Origin: Arenicellales bacterium
Lineage (GTDB): Bacteria > Pseudomonadota > Gammaproteobacteria > Arenicellales > JAJDZL01
Reading direction: 5' to 3'
Length of the DNA: 64,000 bases
NCBI GenBank assembly: GCA_965203865.1
Contig: OZ241916.1
Coordinates: forward strand, 1,109,209-1,173,208
The position numbers and the translations under genes are program-made. A model generated the notes under the pieces. It was not told the origin of the DNA, did not search any database, and was given only the letters and a program-made list of their open reading frames with translations. Position 1 is the stretch's first letter; each line of letters starts with the position of its first letter. Positions 18,559-28,453 of the stretch are shown piece by piece.

Positions 18559-19605
18559 CTAATAGCTTGTGGAAGATTGTTGAAGCGTAAATGCAATTTG
18601 CGCGATTCCTATATAAATCCAGACTGCTGATCCACCAACAATCAGCAGAATAACAGCTGACAAAACACGAATTGATGCATGGAAATTCGCTAGTGTTCGT
18701 TCAATATCAGCAGCGGATACATCGTCTGCTCGCTCGTTGAACGTGCCGAGTCGTTCATATATTCTCAGGTCGTCTAGTGTTTCAGCAGAAAACAATCCTG
18801 TATCAAGAGCTGCGTCTGTGTTCGCCCCCGCATACATTCTTGATCTCATGATTTTGACGTGGGAAGCCAGATACGGAGGCATTCCTCTCAGAAGTTGCTC
18901 CAGTGCTCTTAGCCTTTGAACACCGGCTTGCATTAATGCCAACCAGGCAGTCAGTACTTCTGGTCCTAGTAGTTTTCGATAAATTGCGAATGGCGGATAC
19001 CATTCCAAGTAGCCTCTTACAAAGCCTGTAAATCTTGGTGCGGCCCAAAATGAAAGTATGATTGTAATGGCGAAGCCAGAAAAGATGAGTAGCCCCCATT
19101 TTTGAATGAACTGTGAAAATTCGAGTACGCTTCGGGATACAGGCGGCCAATTTTCGACATCGGTAATTTCAAGCATCATTTGCATTGCATAGGGCGGAAG
19201 TAGTGCAATCACAAAAGAACCCACTATCAGTAGTGAAATCGGATAGGTAAGATTCGAAAGAAGGGTTGAGCGTAGTTGTTTACGTACGTTGGCTATACGC
19301 GCTGCTTGATTAAACCCCTCGGCGATTCTACCTTCTTGAGTTAGTTCAATCATGATTAGTTCTTCTTGCGGAACCCATCCCCGGGCCGCATCTGCGAAAC
19401 TTTGTGTACGCATTGCGGTTAGTTGGTATACACAAAATTCTTGAGGAACCCCTTTGTTGCGGCTGTCAGCAAGGAATTGAATGGCAGTTGTAATCGGCAC
19501 ATCTCTTTCACAAAGCGAAGAAAGCCTCTTCCACAGATTTGCGCGCAATTCTGGGGAAAGGCGAAACTGTGTACGCGAAATCCATGTTTGCAGGAGATTA
19601 AGCAC
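18559..19605 (-). CDS. pilR: Type IVb pilus inner-membrane platform protein (T2SS-F family)
   Basis: GWVPQEELIMI, NLTYP, WYPPFAIYR, ALDTGLF; GTG 19605 follows GGAG (ORF track extends to 19725). Confidence 0.82.
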   Translation of the reverse strand: MLNLLQTWISRTQFRLSPELRANLWKRLSSLCERDVPITTAIQFLADSRNKGVPQEFCVYQLTAMRTQSFADAARGWVPQEELIMIELTQEGRIAEGFNQAARIANVRKQLRSTLLSNLTYPISLLIVGSFVIALLPPYAMQMMLEITDVENWPPVSRSVLEFSQFIQKWGLLIFSGFAITIILSFWAAPRFTGFVRGYLEWYPPFAIYRKLLGPEVLTAWLALMQAGVQRLRALEQLLRGMPPYLASHVKIMRSRMYAGANTDAALDTGLFSAETLDDLRIYERLGTFNERADDVSAADIERTLANFHASIRVLSAVILLIVGGSAVWIYIGIAQIAFTLQQSSTSY

Positions 19606-21214
19606 TTCGTCCACTCCGTGATTTTGAACCAATAGCAACAATATTTGATTGATTCGAGTCAAAGTATGATGAAACCGGTCCTGTTTTCCACTCGACATCG
19701 GGGGGTGAAGCAAGCCCTGATGCAATTAATTTCGCTCCGTATTCAAGTAGCGGTGTACCTTGAAGATTTTCTATCCAATGTTTGCGAGCCGTAAATAAAT
19801 CGCCTTGACGGAGCATATCGACGAGTGTGTTGTCAGGTTGGACAATTTCCGCTAGCACTTTTCTGCCAATTACCCCTACGTGCTTGCATTTCATGCAACC
19901 TTCTCCTCGAAAAAATATTTCATCTGTACTCAGGTTGCGACTATCTAATGCATGTTTTATTCTAGATGAGAGATGCGGGCGACGTTGATGAGGGTCTGGT
20001 TTTTTTAGCCATTTTTCAAGGCTAATCTTGCAGTAGGGGCAAAGCAAAGGCACTAGTGTTTGAAAAATGAGAGCAGAGAGAATATCAGGAGTGCACAATA
20101 GCGTTCGCTCCACACCAATGCCGGTTAGTCTTCCAACGATCCCAAGGGCAGATGATGCATGAATTGTTGTGTACACACGATGCCCGGATTGTGCGAATTT
20201 TATAGTTAGCAAGGCAGACTGCAAGTCTCGAATTTCACCGACCATAAGAGTGTCAGGGTCACAACGAAGCGCACCTCGAATCGCGAACGAAAACTCATCA
20301 CCTGAAGATACCCCTTTCTTGCGAACAACTGGCACTTGAGATGCCCCAGGTATTACACGCTCAGGAGGGTCTTCGACTGTGATAATTCGAAGATGTCCAT
20401 GGTGTTCTTCCAACTCTTCATTCAACATTCCCACAATTGATGTGCTTTTTCCGCTTCCAACGGACCCGGCGATAATTACCATCCCCGAAGCTCTACGGGC
20501 AAGCCCGTGAATCGTATTTAATTGCTTGGCATCGTATCCGAGTTGACCAAGTTGCATCGTATCGCCGCTACCAGGAAGAATTCGAAGTACCATGTCGTAT
20601 CCATCCGGCGATGTCGGAATTGTGCCTATACGAACTCGAACTCGGTGTGAATTGGTTAGTATCGTATCAAGAACTGCATCCTGGGGTTCGTACCGGTTCC
20701 AGGTAACTTCTTGGTCATGCCCCATTACTTCGTAAATAAAGCGACAAGTTTGATCCGCCAATTCCTCTGTCCACTCAGCGTGTTCTGTCAATCGACCATC
20801 AATCCGGAAACTCACTGATGCATGCCTGCGACGTCGAACGATATGTACGTCTGATGCACCATCACTTACTGCTCGCGTTAGCAAGGCACGAACATCGTCT
20901 TGGTATCTTTCACGGTCAAGGTCGACAGTTGTGGAGGTGGTTTCACTGGAACTATGCTTTGAGTAAACTGATTCCAAGAACTCGGAAGAAACTTCAATTT
21001 GTCTGGTTACCTGAATGTTCTTGCGTTTCAGACTCTCCCGTAGATGTGCTTTTAGTCGCGATTGAAACTTTAGTGGCGTGTACAAGATGCATGCTTCGGT
21101 TGGTGGATTGTCTTCGGATACTGCTGCATAGTAGACACGTTCGTTCTCTGGAATTTCGATCAATGACCCAGGCCCACCTGTTAACAATAACTCAAACTTT
21201 GGTGATTCATTCAT
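19598..21214 (-). CDS. pilQ: Type IVb pilus assembly ATPase
   Basis: ASDVHI, GSVGSGKST, ITVEDPPE, LRCDPDTLMVGEIRD, SGHRVYTTIHA, CPYC/CMKC. Confidence 0.9.
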   Translation of the reverse strand: MNESPKFELLLTGGPGSLIEIPENERVYYAAVSEDNPPTEACILYTPLKFQSRLKAHLRESLKRKNIQVTRQIEVSSEFLESVYSKHSSSETTSTTVDLDRERYQDDVRALLTRAVSDGASDVHIVRRRRHASVSFRIDGRLTEHAEWTEELADQTCRFIYEVMGHDQEVTWNRYEPQDAVLDTILTNSHRVRVRIGTIPTSPDGYDMVLRILPGSGDTMQLGQLGYDAKQLNTIHGLARRASGMVIIAGSVGSGKSTSIVGMLNEELEEHHGHLRIITVEDPPERVIPGASQVPVVRKKGVSSGDEFSFAIRGALRCDPDTLMVGEIRDLQSALLTIKFAQSGHRVYTTIHASSALGIVGRLTGIGVERTLLCTPDILSALIFQTLVPLLCPYCKISLEKWLKKPDPHQRRPHLSSRIKHALDSRNLSTDEIFFRGEGCMKCKHVGVIGRKVLAEIVQPDNTLVDMLRQGDLFTARKHWIENLQGTPLLEYGAKLIASGLASPPDVEWKTGPVSSYFDSNQSNIVAIGSKSRSGRSA

Positions 21215-21747
21215 TCGTCAATCCTATTGGACCCTGACAAACCGATGTAGATAAGATTCCCGAAAACCGACAGTTCAACACCGCGCAGGTGAACTTTCTT
21301 GACCTCGGCAAGTCGAATTACATCGTTCTGTTGTAGTCGATATTCGTGTCCATCCAATCTCGCATATGCCGTCAGTTGGTCTGATTGGCCAACAATTGCA
21401 TAGATCTGCAAATTTTCGTCGAACCATTGAACCCGACTAATTGAGTTGTCGGGCTCTGGATCTGGCGAGTACTGAATATTGCGTTCGGCTTCGACACGTT
21501 CTGATTGGCTCTTTGCTACACGGGTGCGAAGTTCATGATAATTCAGCACAGCCTGCATAATAGTATGTTGTTCTTGCAAGCAATTGAGCAAAGGTACGGG
21601 CCGAAGGTCTGCACGACAAGGCGGTGGAAGATTAGAAAGCCGTTGTGTACTGTTTGTAGCAGGGATAGTGTCTTGCACTTGGCCAAGCACTTGGTTCGTG
21701 GCGACAAGTAGCAAACCCGCCAGCAGTGTTTTATGCATCTTTTTCAT
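21211..21747 (-). CDS. pilP: Type IVb pilus protein, PilP-like
   Basis: Signal peptide, coiled coil, IYAIVG..QLTAY beta domain; lies between pilO and pilQ. Confidence 0.65.
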   Translation of the reverse strand: MKKMHKTLLAGLLLVATNQVLGQVQDTIPATNSTQRLSNLPPPCRADLRPVPLLNCLQEQHTIMQAVLNYHELRTRVAKSQSERVEAERNIQYSPDPEPDNSISRVQWFDENLQIYAIVGQSDQLTAYARLDGHEYRLQQNDVIRLAEVKKVHLRGVELSVFGNLIYIGLSGSNRIDE

Positions 21748-22960
21748 AGTATTCTCCTGCTAAAGACCACTGAATTTTTAAATTCAGGTTAACTATAAAT
21801 TCATTGAGCAGAACAGGATTTTCTCTAAGCATTCCAACTATGTAGTACGCACTGTTCAGTCCTTCTCCAGAAGAGTTTATTTCAGAGCGTTTGATTGGAT
21901 AATTCTTGCCAAGTTTTTTCGCAGCATTAATTGTCCATGTTCCTGGCGTTTTTGCGAGAATGTCCAAGAATTGATAGCGCCGGTCCAAGTTACTGGAATC
22001 GGTTTTAAATGCGAATGGTTTTGTATGTTTTGGTGCAGGGAATGGAATTTGTTCGACAACGGTTCCGTTCAATTCATTGAAGTACCAATCAGTGCCGTCC
22101 AGATGTTCCGAAATGCCAGCAATTTTCCCCTGTTCGCGTTGCCAGGTTGCCACAATTTTCCCGCTTTTCCATTGGTATGACTCCAGTTTCCAGCCGTTGA
22201 CATACAGTGGACGATCATTAATCAAGTCAACTAGCAATGCGACTAATGCTCCTGAATCCTGAGACAATGTTTCCAGAATTTTCTGTTTTTCTGTTTCACG
22301 ATAAGCCAGTAAGGCTTCATTTTCACTTTGGGAAACAGAAACCTGATTGTTTCCAGGATTGGTTTGTAAAAAAATCCAACTACCGGCCCCCAAGCAACCA
22401 GCCAATGTCAAGGCACTAGCAAAAATGATAGATTTACGGTTTCTTCTAACGCGCACTGCTTGACACGACGATTCAATGGGCGGTTCAATTCCAGACACCA
22501 GTTGCGCAAAATCCAGTGCTTGACTATCGGGCAAGTCAAAATCTCCAAATTTATCGTAGAAAGGAATTTCAGAGCCTGCGGTATCACTTTGCAGTTCAAC
22601 AAGTCTGTTGTTAATCTTGTCTTTGTTTCCAATCAAATCTCCCGCCGGAAATACGGTGCTGTCTTCAACTGCACAAAGCCAGAATTTTTCATCATGCAGT
22701 CTTTCCACCAATATTGCAGAAGATTGTCCAGCGGCTAGCCAGGCGGCGCCACTTGTCTTTCCAATGTCTTGGAAATCGGTAGAAATTCCAAGTTGTGTGC
22801 CATATCGGGTATGAATGAGTGTAAATGCAACTGGATTTGACTGATTTTGTCGCAAAACTTTCTCTAATTTTGCGGTGCTCGCTTTGGCAGATATAGCGTT
22901 CGGATTCAACCATTTCAGGCCAATTGAAATTTCTTGATTAGCAAGCTGATGTGCTGGCAT
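21731..22960 (-). CDS. pilO: Type IVb pilus accessory protein, PilO-like
   Basis: IGLKW, SGAAWLA, FWLCAVED...PAGD, central TM, NGWKLES; synteny. Confidence 0.78.
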   Translation of the reverse strand: MPAHQLANQEISIGLKWLNPNAISAKASTAKLEKVLRQNQSNPVAFTLIHTRYGTQLGISTDFQDIGKTSGAAWLAAGQSSAILVERLHDEKFWLCAVEDSTVFPAGDLIGNKDKINNRLVELQSDTAGSEIPFYDKFGDFDLPDSQALDFAQLVSGIEPPIESSCQAVRVRRNRKSIIFASALTLAGCLGAGSWIFLQTNPGNNQVSVSQSENEALLAYRETEKQKILETLSQDSGALVALLVDLINDRPLYVNGWKLESYQWKSGKIVATWQREQGKIAGISEHLDGTDWYFNELNGTVVEQIPFPAPKHTKPFAFKTDSSNLDRRYQFLDILAKTPGTWTINAAKKLGKNYPIKRSEINSSGEGLNSAYYIVGMLRENPVLLNEFIVNLNLKIQWSLAGEYYEKDA

Positions 22961-22963
22961 GAT

Positions 22964-24490
22964 TTATACCCTGGAGCGAATGATGTCAATGTCAGGTGGA
23001 ATGATTCGGGGCGTGATTAGCAAGATAAGCCTAGCTCGCTTGTTATCTACCCGTCTGTTTTGGGCAAGTAGACTATTGTTTCGACTACCGGTAGATCTGG
23101 ATGTGTCAAGCCCTGCAACAACCAGTGTTTCACCCGATTTCAAAAGTACAGGAATAAGCATTGATCGCGACTCCAAATCCGGAAGTTGAATCACCGGCTC
23201 GTTCGGACCTGCATCTGCCGGGAATCGTTTCATTGATTTTATTCGAGTAGTTCTTACAGTCGCATGTAGTATCAACTGGTTTGTATCAGGCAGGACTTTG
23301 CTCAAAAGATTAAGAGCAATACCATCTTGGATTTTTCCTGGTATTAATCGGACTGAAGAGCCGTTTTCATCGTTGACCACATCTCTACGCTGAAGGTAGG
23401 TCGTTTCATCGCCGAAAAATACAGGAACTGGTTGGCCATTCAATCCACGAATCACTGATGAAGTTAATTTTGAAATCTGATTTTTTCCTGCAGAGGCTTT
23501 CAGGATTGTAGAAACCTCGGTATCTCTATCGGTTGGTGGTCGAGAATACTTAAAGGTTATCAAGGATTCATCATCATTATTGGTCAATATGGTTGATAGT
23601 GTTCCACCGCTCAATGCAGAATCCAATATTCCTTTGAAACTGAATCCTCTGTCACTTGAGTCGTTGTATTCAATTTCGTAAAGGTCGACTTGGACCAGTA
23701 TTTGACTGGCGAGTTGTTGATTCTTACGTTTTACCCATTCGTCAATTTTCGCCAAGGCAACGGGTGTGTCCGTTACGGTTAGAGTTCCTGAATTTGGACT
23801 AACAGTTGCTTCTCCTTGAGGTGATAGCAGATTCTGAATTTCTTCGGAAGTTTCTTTCCAAAAATTTGAATCATCCGATACAACAGAAACATAATCGCTT
23901 GCGCTAAGGTCAGACCCATTGCCTGCCAGTGACCCTGACAGTGCTATGTTCCCCGACCATTTCGAGCTTACCCCGGAAGCATAGATAGACCATATGCGAA
24001 GCTCTGTACGGTACAAGAGTATTTTTGAATCTTTCCACTTCCAATACACACCTTGCTGAGTACTGACTCGTTCCAAAAAGTCATGAATTGACCCGGACCA
24101 AGTCAGTTTTTCCATCTGCTCGTTTCCGATTTCCGGGTCAATGTCGACTGCCAACCCTGTCTGCCTTGCAATAATTTCGCCTAGCAAACCAAAAGTGAGG
24201 GGTTCGGCGAAGTTTAACTCAATACTCATGTGCAATTGCTTCGGTAGTTTGGCCGGTTGCTCTTTGAGAAATATTGGAGACCGCGATCCAAGGTACGCAT
24301 TGTCAAGACTTTGAACTATTTTTGTCTGTTTATTGAGAACTTTGCTATGCACATCTTTAATTGCATCTTCAGCTTTTTGATGTGTTTCCATGGCTGTGGA
24401 TTCAGTATTCTTCATTGAAGTACAGGCAGTAGCCAATACTGCACATCCGAGTATGATAATTGCGTTTATGATCAATAAGTTGGTGTTCAA
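22964..24490 (-). CDS. pilN: Type IVb pilus secretin lipoprotein
   Basis: Lipobox LATAC; SGTLTVTDTP..LAKI, NGQPVP, LKSGETLVVAGL, LILLITP. Confidence 0.88.
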   Translation of the reverse strand: MNTNLLIINAIIILGCAVLATACTSMKNTESTAMETHQKAEDAIKDVHSKVLNKQTKIVQSLDNAYLGSRSPIFLKEQPAKLPKQLHMSIELNFAEPLTFGLLGEIIARQTGLAVDIDPEIGNEQMEKLTWSGSIHDFLERVSTQQGVYWKWKDSKILLYRTELRIWSIYASGVSSKWSGNIALSGSLAGNGSDLSASDYVSVVSDDSNFWKETSEEIQNLLSPQGEATVSPNSGTLTVTDTPVALAKIDEWVKRKNQQLASQILVQVDLYEIEYNDSSDRGFSFKGILDSALSGGTLSTILTNNDDESLITFKYSRPPTDRDTEVSTILKASAGKNQISKLTSSVIRGLNGQPVPVFFGDETTYLQRRDVVNDENGSSVRLIPGKIQDGIALNLLSKVLPDTNQLILHATVRTTRIKSMKRFPADAGPNEPVIQLPDLESRSMLIPVLLKSGETLVVAGLDTSRSTGSRNNSLLAQNRRVDNKRARLILLITPRIIPPDIDIIRSRV

Positions 24491-25272
24491 TTTGATTCTT
24501 CCTTGCCTGCAGGTTCAATAACCAGAACAGAATTTCCAGTGTAAAAGTTTGCATTGAGCGGGATCGGCGCAGATTGATAGAATTCCAGTACTTTTTCAAT
24601 TGCCTGCTGAATTGTTCCCCGATAGACGACTTCGTGGGAAACTACATAGTCATGAGAACTGGTCCAATCAAGTCGCCAGCCAATTTTTTCGACCCATGAC
24701 CCGAAATTTTCGGAAAGAGTGAGTTCAGGATTAAGCTTCCATTCTTTTTCAATAGTAAATTTACTGGAATTTGAGTTGTTCAGAGCAACGGCAGACATTA
24801 TTTCCGGTTTGATATCAGAAACTTTAGTGTTGCTGGATATTGATGGTGCTTTGGCATCGTTTAGTTGAAAAGTCACGGTTCTATCCAAATCGTTTTGTAC
24901 AAGTTGCCATGGTTTGCCTGTCAGAGTTGCAAGAGCGTTTCGAAGTGTAATCGGCCCCAGCTTGCGGTGAACTCGCGGAAGGGGAAGATTCATTAGTTTT
25001 TGATTTCGCATATCATTTGAATAGGAAAGACGATATCCGGATTCTTCAAGCAGGTACCCCACTGCCTGCCCAATTGTTGTAATTGACGATGGAAGTTTCA
25101 TTTTTACAACAACTGAAAGGGGATCAATTTGTTGAGGCTCGGCAACTGGAGTTGTTTTTGAATAGCGATTCAGATTGATTTCTCCCTCATCGCCGGCTAA
25201 ACACATGGGCGAGATTCCGACAAGCAGGGAAAAAAGCAAGCACTGAGTAGCATTACTGGTTCTTGAATTCAT
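24487..25272 (-). CDS. pilL: PilL-like protein with C-terminal TcpQ-like domain
   Basis: RYS....P...QIDPL, TIGQAVGYLLEESGYRL, LPLPRVHRKLGPITLRNALATL. Confidence 0.85.
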   Translation of the reverse strand: MNSRTSNATQCLLFSLLVGISPMCLAGDEGEINLNRYSKTTPVAEPQQIDPLSVVVKMKLPSSITTIGQAVGYLLEESGYRLSYSNDMRNQKLMNLPLPRVHRKLGPITLRNALATLTGKPWQLVQNDLDRTVTFQLNDAKAPSISSNTKVSDIKPEIMSAVALNNSNSSKFTIEKEWKLNPELTLSENFGSWVEKIGWRLDWTSSHDYVVSHEVVYRGTIQQAIEKVLEFYQSAPIPLNANFYTGNSVLVIEPAGKEESN

Positions 25273-25313
25273 TGTAAATACAGTAATTTCATTTGTTGTA
25301 CAAAAAGAATTTC

Positions 25314-26291
25314 TTAAGAATTCGAGACTGAAATATCCGATAAACCTGATGCGGATTCTAATTTGTGGTCGATTAGGGGCCTACCCGCCAATTCCATTAG
25401 GTAACATGTTGCCTGCCACGCTTCCGCACTTGCTCGAAAAATTGAGTTTGGGTCATTTTCTAAAATTCGAATCCATGCCAGAACGTACCCCTCATGCCTC
25501 ATTTCCCCTTGAATTCCCAGTTCAGCACACAAATAGGCTGAGCCAATTTCGGCTATTAGTTCTTCGTAAGCGTACTTATAGGACCCCTCTTGCACATCTT
25601 TCGATATTCCTACGCGATTGAGCCTTGTTTTGTGGCCAGACCAGTGCACCAATTCATGCATGATAGTACTGTAGTACCCCTCTGTTGCACTGAACGCCGA
25701 ACGGGGAGGCATTAGAATGTAGTCTCCCTCTGGAATGTATAGGGCAGATGTACCTTGGTGCCGAATGGTAGCTTTTGTATTCACAACAAAATTTTCGGCA
25801 TCTTGATGAAGCAACCAGGGAAGTGATTCGTTTGAGGCATCATTTTCCTCCAAGTACTTTGGTGGGATATCGGTGCATTGCTCAACGTTGAATAAATTGA
25901 AGCCCTTCATTAGCTTAATCGTTTGGGTGACTGCCAAGCCGTTTTCGTCAAACTCAGGAAGTCCGTCTTGGTTTTTTTGGGGAATTTGCAGAGTACGAAA
26001 AAAGATTGCAGTAGTACTTTGCTGACCCTGACGAACCTTTGCACCTATTTTCTTTGCTTGCGAAAATGTTAGCCAGCGGTCGCTTAAATAACCTTTGGAA
26101 GCGGCAGCAGACCAAAGAATTGTAATATTGACCCCCGAATACTTTCGTCCCGTTACAACATTTGATGGCCGAGTATTAACAGGGCAGTCCCGATTCCAAG
26201 GTCGAATCCATGGCGGTGCTCCAGCATGCAGAGCATTGATGAACCGATTGGTAATGATCTCGGATAGCCGATTGTAGTTATAGTTTGTCAT
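25314..26291 (-). CDS. ardC: ArdC-family antirestriction/ssDNA-binding protein with zincin-like domain
   Basis: PPWIRPW, TGRKYSGVN, WLTFSQA, FNVEQ, HELVHWSGH, YAYEELIAE. Confidence 0.92.
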   Translation of the reverse strand: MTNYNYNRLSEIITNRFINALHAGAPPWIRPWNRDCPVNTRPSNVVTGRKYSGVNITILWSAAASKGYLSDRWLTFSQAKKIGAKVRQGQQSTTAIFFRTLQIPQKNQDGLPEFDENGLAVTQTIKLMKGFNLFNVEQCTDIPPKYLEENDASNESLPWLLHQDAENFVVNTKATIRHQGTSALYIPEGDYILMPPRSAFSATEGYYSTIMHELVHWSGHKTRLNRVGISKDVQEGSYKYAYEELIAEIGSAYLCAELGIQGEMRHEGYVLAWIRILENDPNSIFRASAEAWQATCYLMELAGRPLIDHKLESASGLSDISVSNS

Positions 26292-26495
26292 TTATTCTGT
26301 ATGTTGTTGATAATTGCAGCAAGTTTGCTATTGTGCAAATCAAATCTCCACAGAAAATCTAAAATCGGTCAGTATGAATTTTTTGAGGCGGCTATCTACA
26401 CAGTGTTGTCAAGCATTTTTTTTAGCTCAAATCATGCATTGAGAATTTAGCTCAATTGCAAGCAATTGATAAATAAAAGGAATTCCACTATTTGA

Positions 26496-27722
26496 TTAAG
26501 TTTGAGGGGGAGATTTTTTGTTAACCTGCTCCAAGGTTCGTTTTATGTAGTTGTTGCGCGTTTGCTCATAGGATAATTTTGCCGATTGTCTTTTTGTTCG
26601 GTCTGCATATACTGATTCTGCGAGGTCGATTTGGAATTTGTCGTCTTCTCTCAAACCCACGCCGTTGGTTATTAGTCGTTTGCAGTAAGTAGCCATCAAG
26701 AGGGCGGCATTTCTTACCGGGTTGCATTGACCTTTTTTACCGATAACAATTCGTCCTTCTAGTTCATCAAGCAACAATTGCTCCCATCTTGCCCAAGGAG
26801 AAGGCGGCGGTTTCAAGTCGCTTGGAAGTTTCTCTAGTTGTAAAGCAACAAGGTGTTTTTGATTTTCAGTAAGCGAACTTGGAAATACCAAGCCAGAGGT
26901 TAGTAGTTCACTTGCTGAAACATTTGTAGGTTTGTTGTAGTTTAATATTTTTTTATTATTACAACTAACATACTTACTGTAGTTGGCAGGTTCCCCGTAG
27001 TTCACCTCATGAACTACGGGGACATCGCGGCTTGGTGAACTGTCATTGTCGTTGTTGATTGAAGACTCTTCATTTTGCTTGTATGCTTTCGAATAGTAAC
27101 TGTAGAAGCGAGCATTTTCCTCGCCGTCCAAAGCTGACCATGCTTCTACTCGTCTTTCAAATGGATGCACTGGCGCCAGTATGTCTTCCTCAACATCAAG
27201 CCCATGACCAATTGACCGGATTATTGTTCTTGCAATTTTCCTAATGTCATTGCTTCGATGCTGGGTACTGTTATGTATAAATCCCATATACTTGGCATCA
27301 AGTTCGAACGTGTCTTTTATTGACAAGGGTTCGCCATGAATCATGTATATATTTCCATCTTTTGTAATTTGTCCCGATGAATTCCGTACTCTTTCCCTAT
27401 GCAGAAGCGTAATCCAGCGTGTAAGACGAAGTCTTGCAATGGATGTGGCAACGGTTCCTCTGGAAATATTGAGTGCAGATTGAATCTCCTCATAAGTAGG
27501 AAATACTGTTAAAGACATGTCAGGACTGCATTTTGCTCGTATCACGAGCCATACAATCTTGTCGTATGGATTTAATACTGGATCGAAAATCAGCAGGCGA
27601 GGATGAGAATCGTACCAATTGTCTGTAAATACCATTCCCGGTTTTTCCCGACCTTGATTTCGGAAATTTTCAATTGCCGCAAGAACTCTGCGGAAATTTT
27701 CACTGGTTTTCGATTCAGTCAT
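26496..27722 (-). CDS. STY4528-family ICE HTH (putative replication) protein
   Basis: FTDNWYDSHPRLLIFDPVL, FPTYEEI, SRGTVATSIARLRLTRWITL, GNIYMIHGEPL, QLLLDE. Confidence 0.85.
   Translation of the reverse strand: MTESKTSENFRRVLAAIENFRNQGREKPGMVFTDNWYDSHPRLLIFDPVLNPYDKIVWLVIRAKCSPDMSLTVFPTYEEIQSALNISRGTVATSIARLRLTRWITLLHRERVRNSSGQITKDGNIYMIHGEPLSIKDTFELDAKYMGFIHNSTQHRSNDIRKIARTIIRSIGHGLDVEEDILAPVHPFERRVEAWSALDGEENARFYSYYSKAYKQNEESSINNDNDSSPSRDVPVVHEVNYGEPANYSKYVSCNNKKILNYNKPTNVSASELLTSGLVFPSSLTENQKHLVALQLEKLPSDLKPPPSPWARWEQLLLDELEGRIVIGKKGQCNPVRNAALLMATYCKRLITNGVGLREDDKFQIDLAESVYADRTKRQSAKLSYEQTRNNYIKRTLEQVNKKSPPQT
26992..27022. repeat. Perfect 13-bp inverted repeat inside the STY4528-like gene
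   Basis: TCCCCGTAGTTCA-cctca-TGAACTACGGGGA, next to an AT-rich tract. Confidence 0.8.
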
Positions 27723-27858
27723 GACTCTAAATAGCGTTAAAGTTGAATTTCTGCCAGAAATTGAAGGATTTCAATTCAGTATGTAGCATTTTTAATTGCT
27801 GTCCGTTCACTGAAGAGTTGAATACACTTGCTAAAGCGGCTAAAGGCTCAAAGCTTAG

Positions 27859-28437
27859 CTATGAGCCCAGCAGCTCCAGAGTTCCGTCAAGGTCCCACTT
27901 TCGAACAAGATGCCAAATTACTCGATGGGGAATTTTCTTGTCTAGCAATTCAAAAACTTCAAGGAAGTCTTTCGCGTCGAAATTCTTGTCTTTGCCTTTG
28001 ACTTTTTCGAATGCTTCCCAAACCTGTTTTGAAAGGTCTTCGTCCGGAATATTCGGCCGGCCGGCAGGTGCATGGCCAAGCCCAAGCTTACGGCGCTTCA
28101 GAGTAAATTCTTTGCTTCCCATGCCAGTTAAAAAGTGAATCATAGGTAAGGGAGCATCGTTAAGTATTAAGTCCTCAATAATTTTTTCCTTGTTTTTTTC
28201 TCTGTTCACGTAGTCAATCATTCTCCAGTAAACCTCCGGGTTCAGTGAAATGCTTAAAAAATGAGATCGAGTAGATGCCAAGCGAATGTCATCTGTTGAA
28301 GACAAGTTTGCAAGTGCCTGAACTTCCTTTGGGCCAAATCCCATTTCCTTCAAGGCCAGCATGTCTCCTTCGTCCTGGCATCGCCGGCAGTAAATTACGA
28401 TTGCTTGCATAAGTTCAGTTTCTTTTTTAATAGACAT
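27859..28437 (-). CDS. DUF2857 (STY4526/BisC-like) ICE protein
   Basis: GDMLALKEMGF, LILNDAPLPMIHFLTGM, RRKLGL...GRP; ATG 28437 follows GAGG. Confidence 0.82.
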   Translation of the reverse strand: MSIKKETELMQAIVIYCRRCQDEGDMLALKEMGFGPKEVQALANLSSTDDIRLASTRSHFLSISLNPEVYWRMIDYVNREKNKEKIIEDLILNDAPLPMIHFLTGMGSKEFTLKRRKLGLGHAPAGRPNIPDEDLSKQVWEAFEKVKGKDKNFDAKDFLEVFELLDKKIPHRVIWHLVRKWDLDGTLELLGS

Positions 28438-28453
28438 GATTAAAATTACCTCT

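Noticed and set aside
26421-26469. TCAATTGC-aa-GCAATTGA palindrome and duplicated TTTAGCTCAA upstream of ardC; similar TTCAATT..AATTGAA at 14555-14574
   Set aside because: CAATTG is very frequent across this window and the spacings differ, so a shared operator cannot be claimed.
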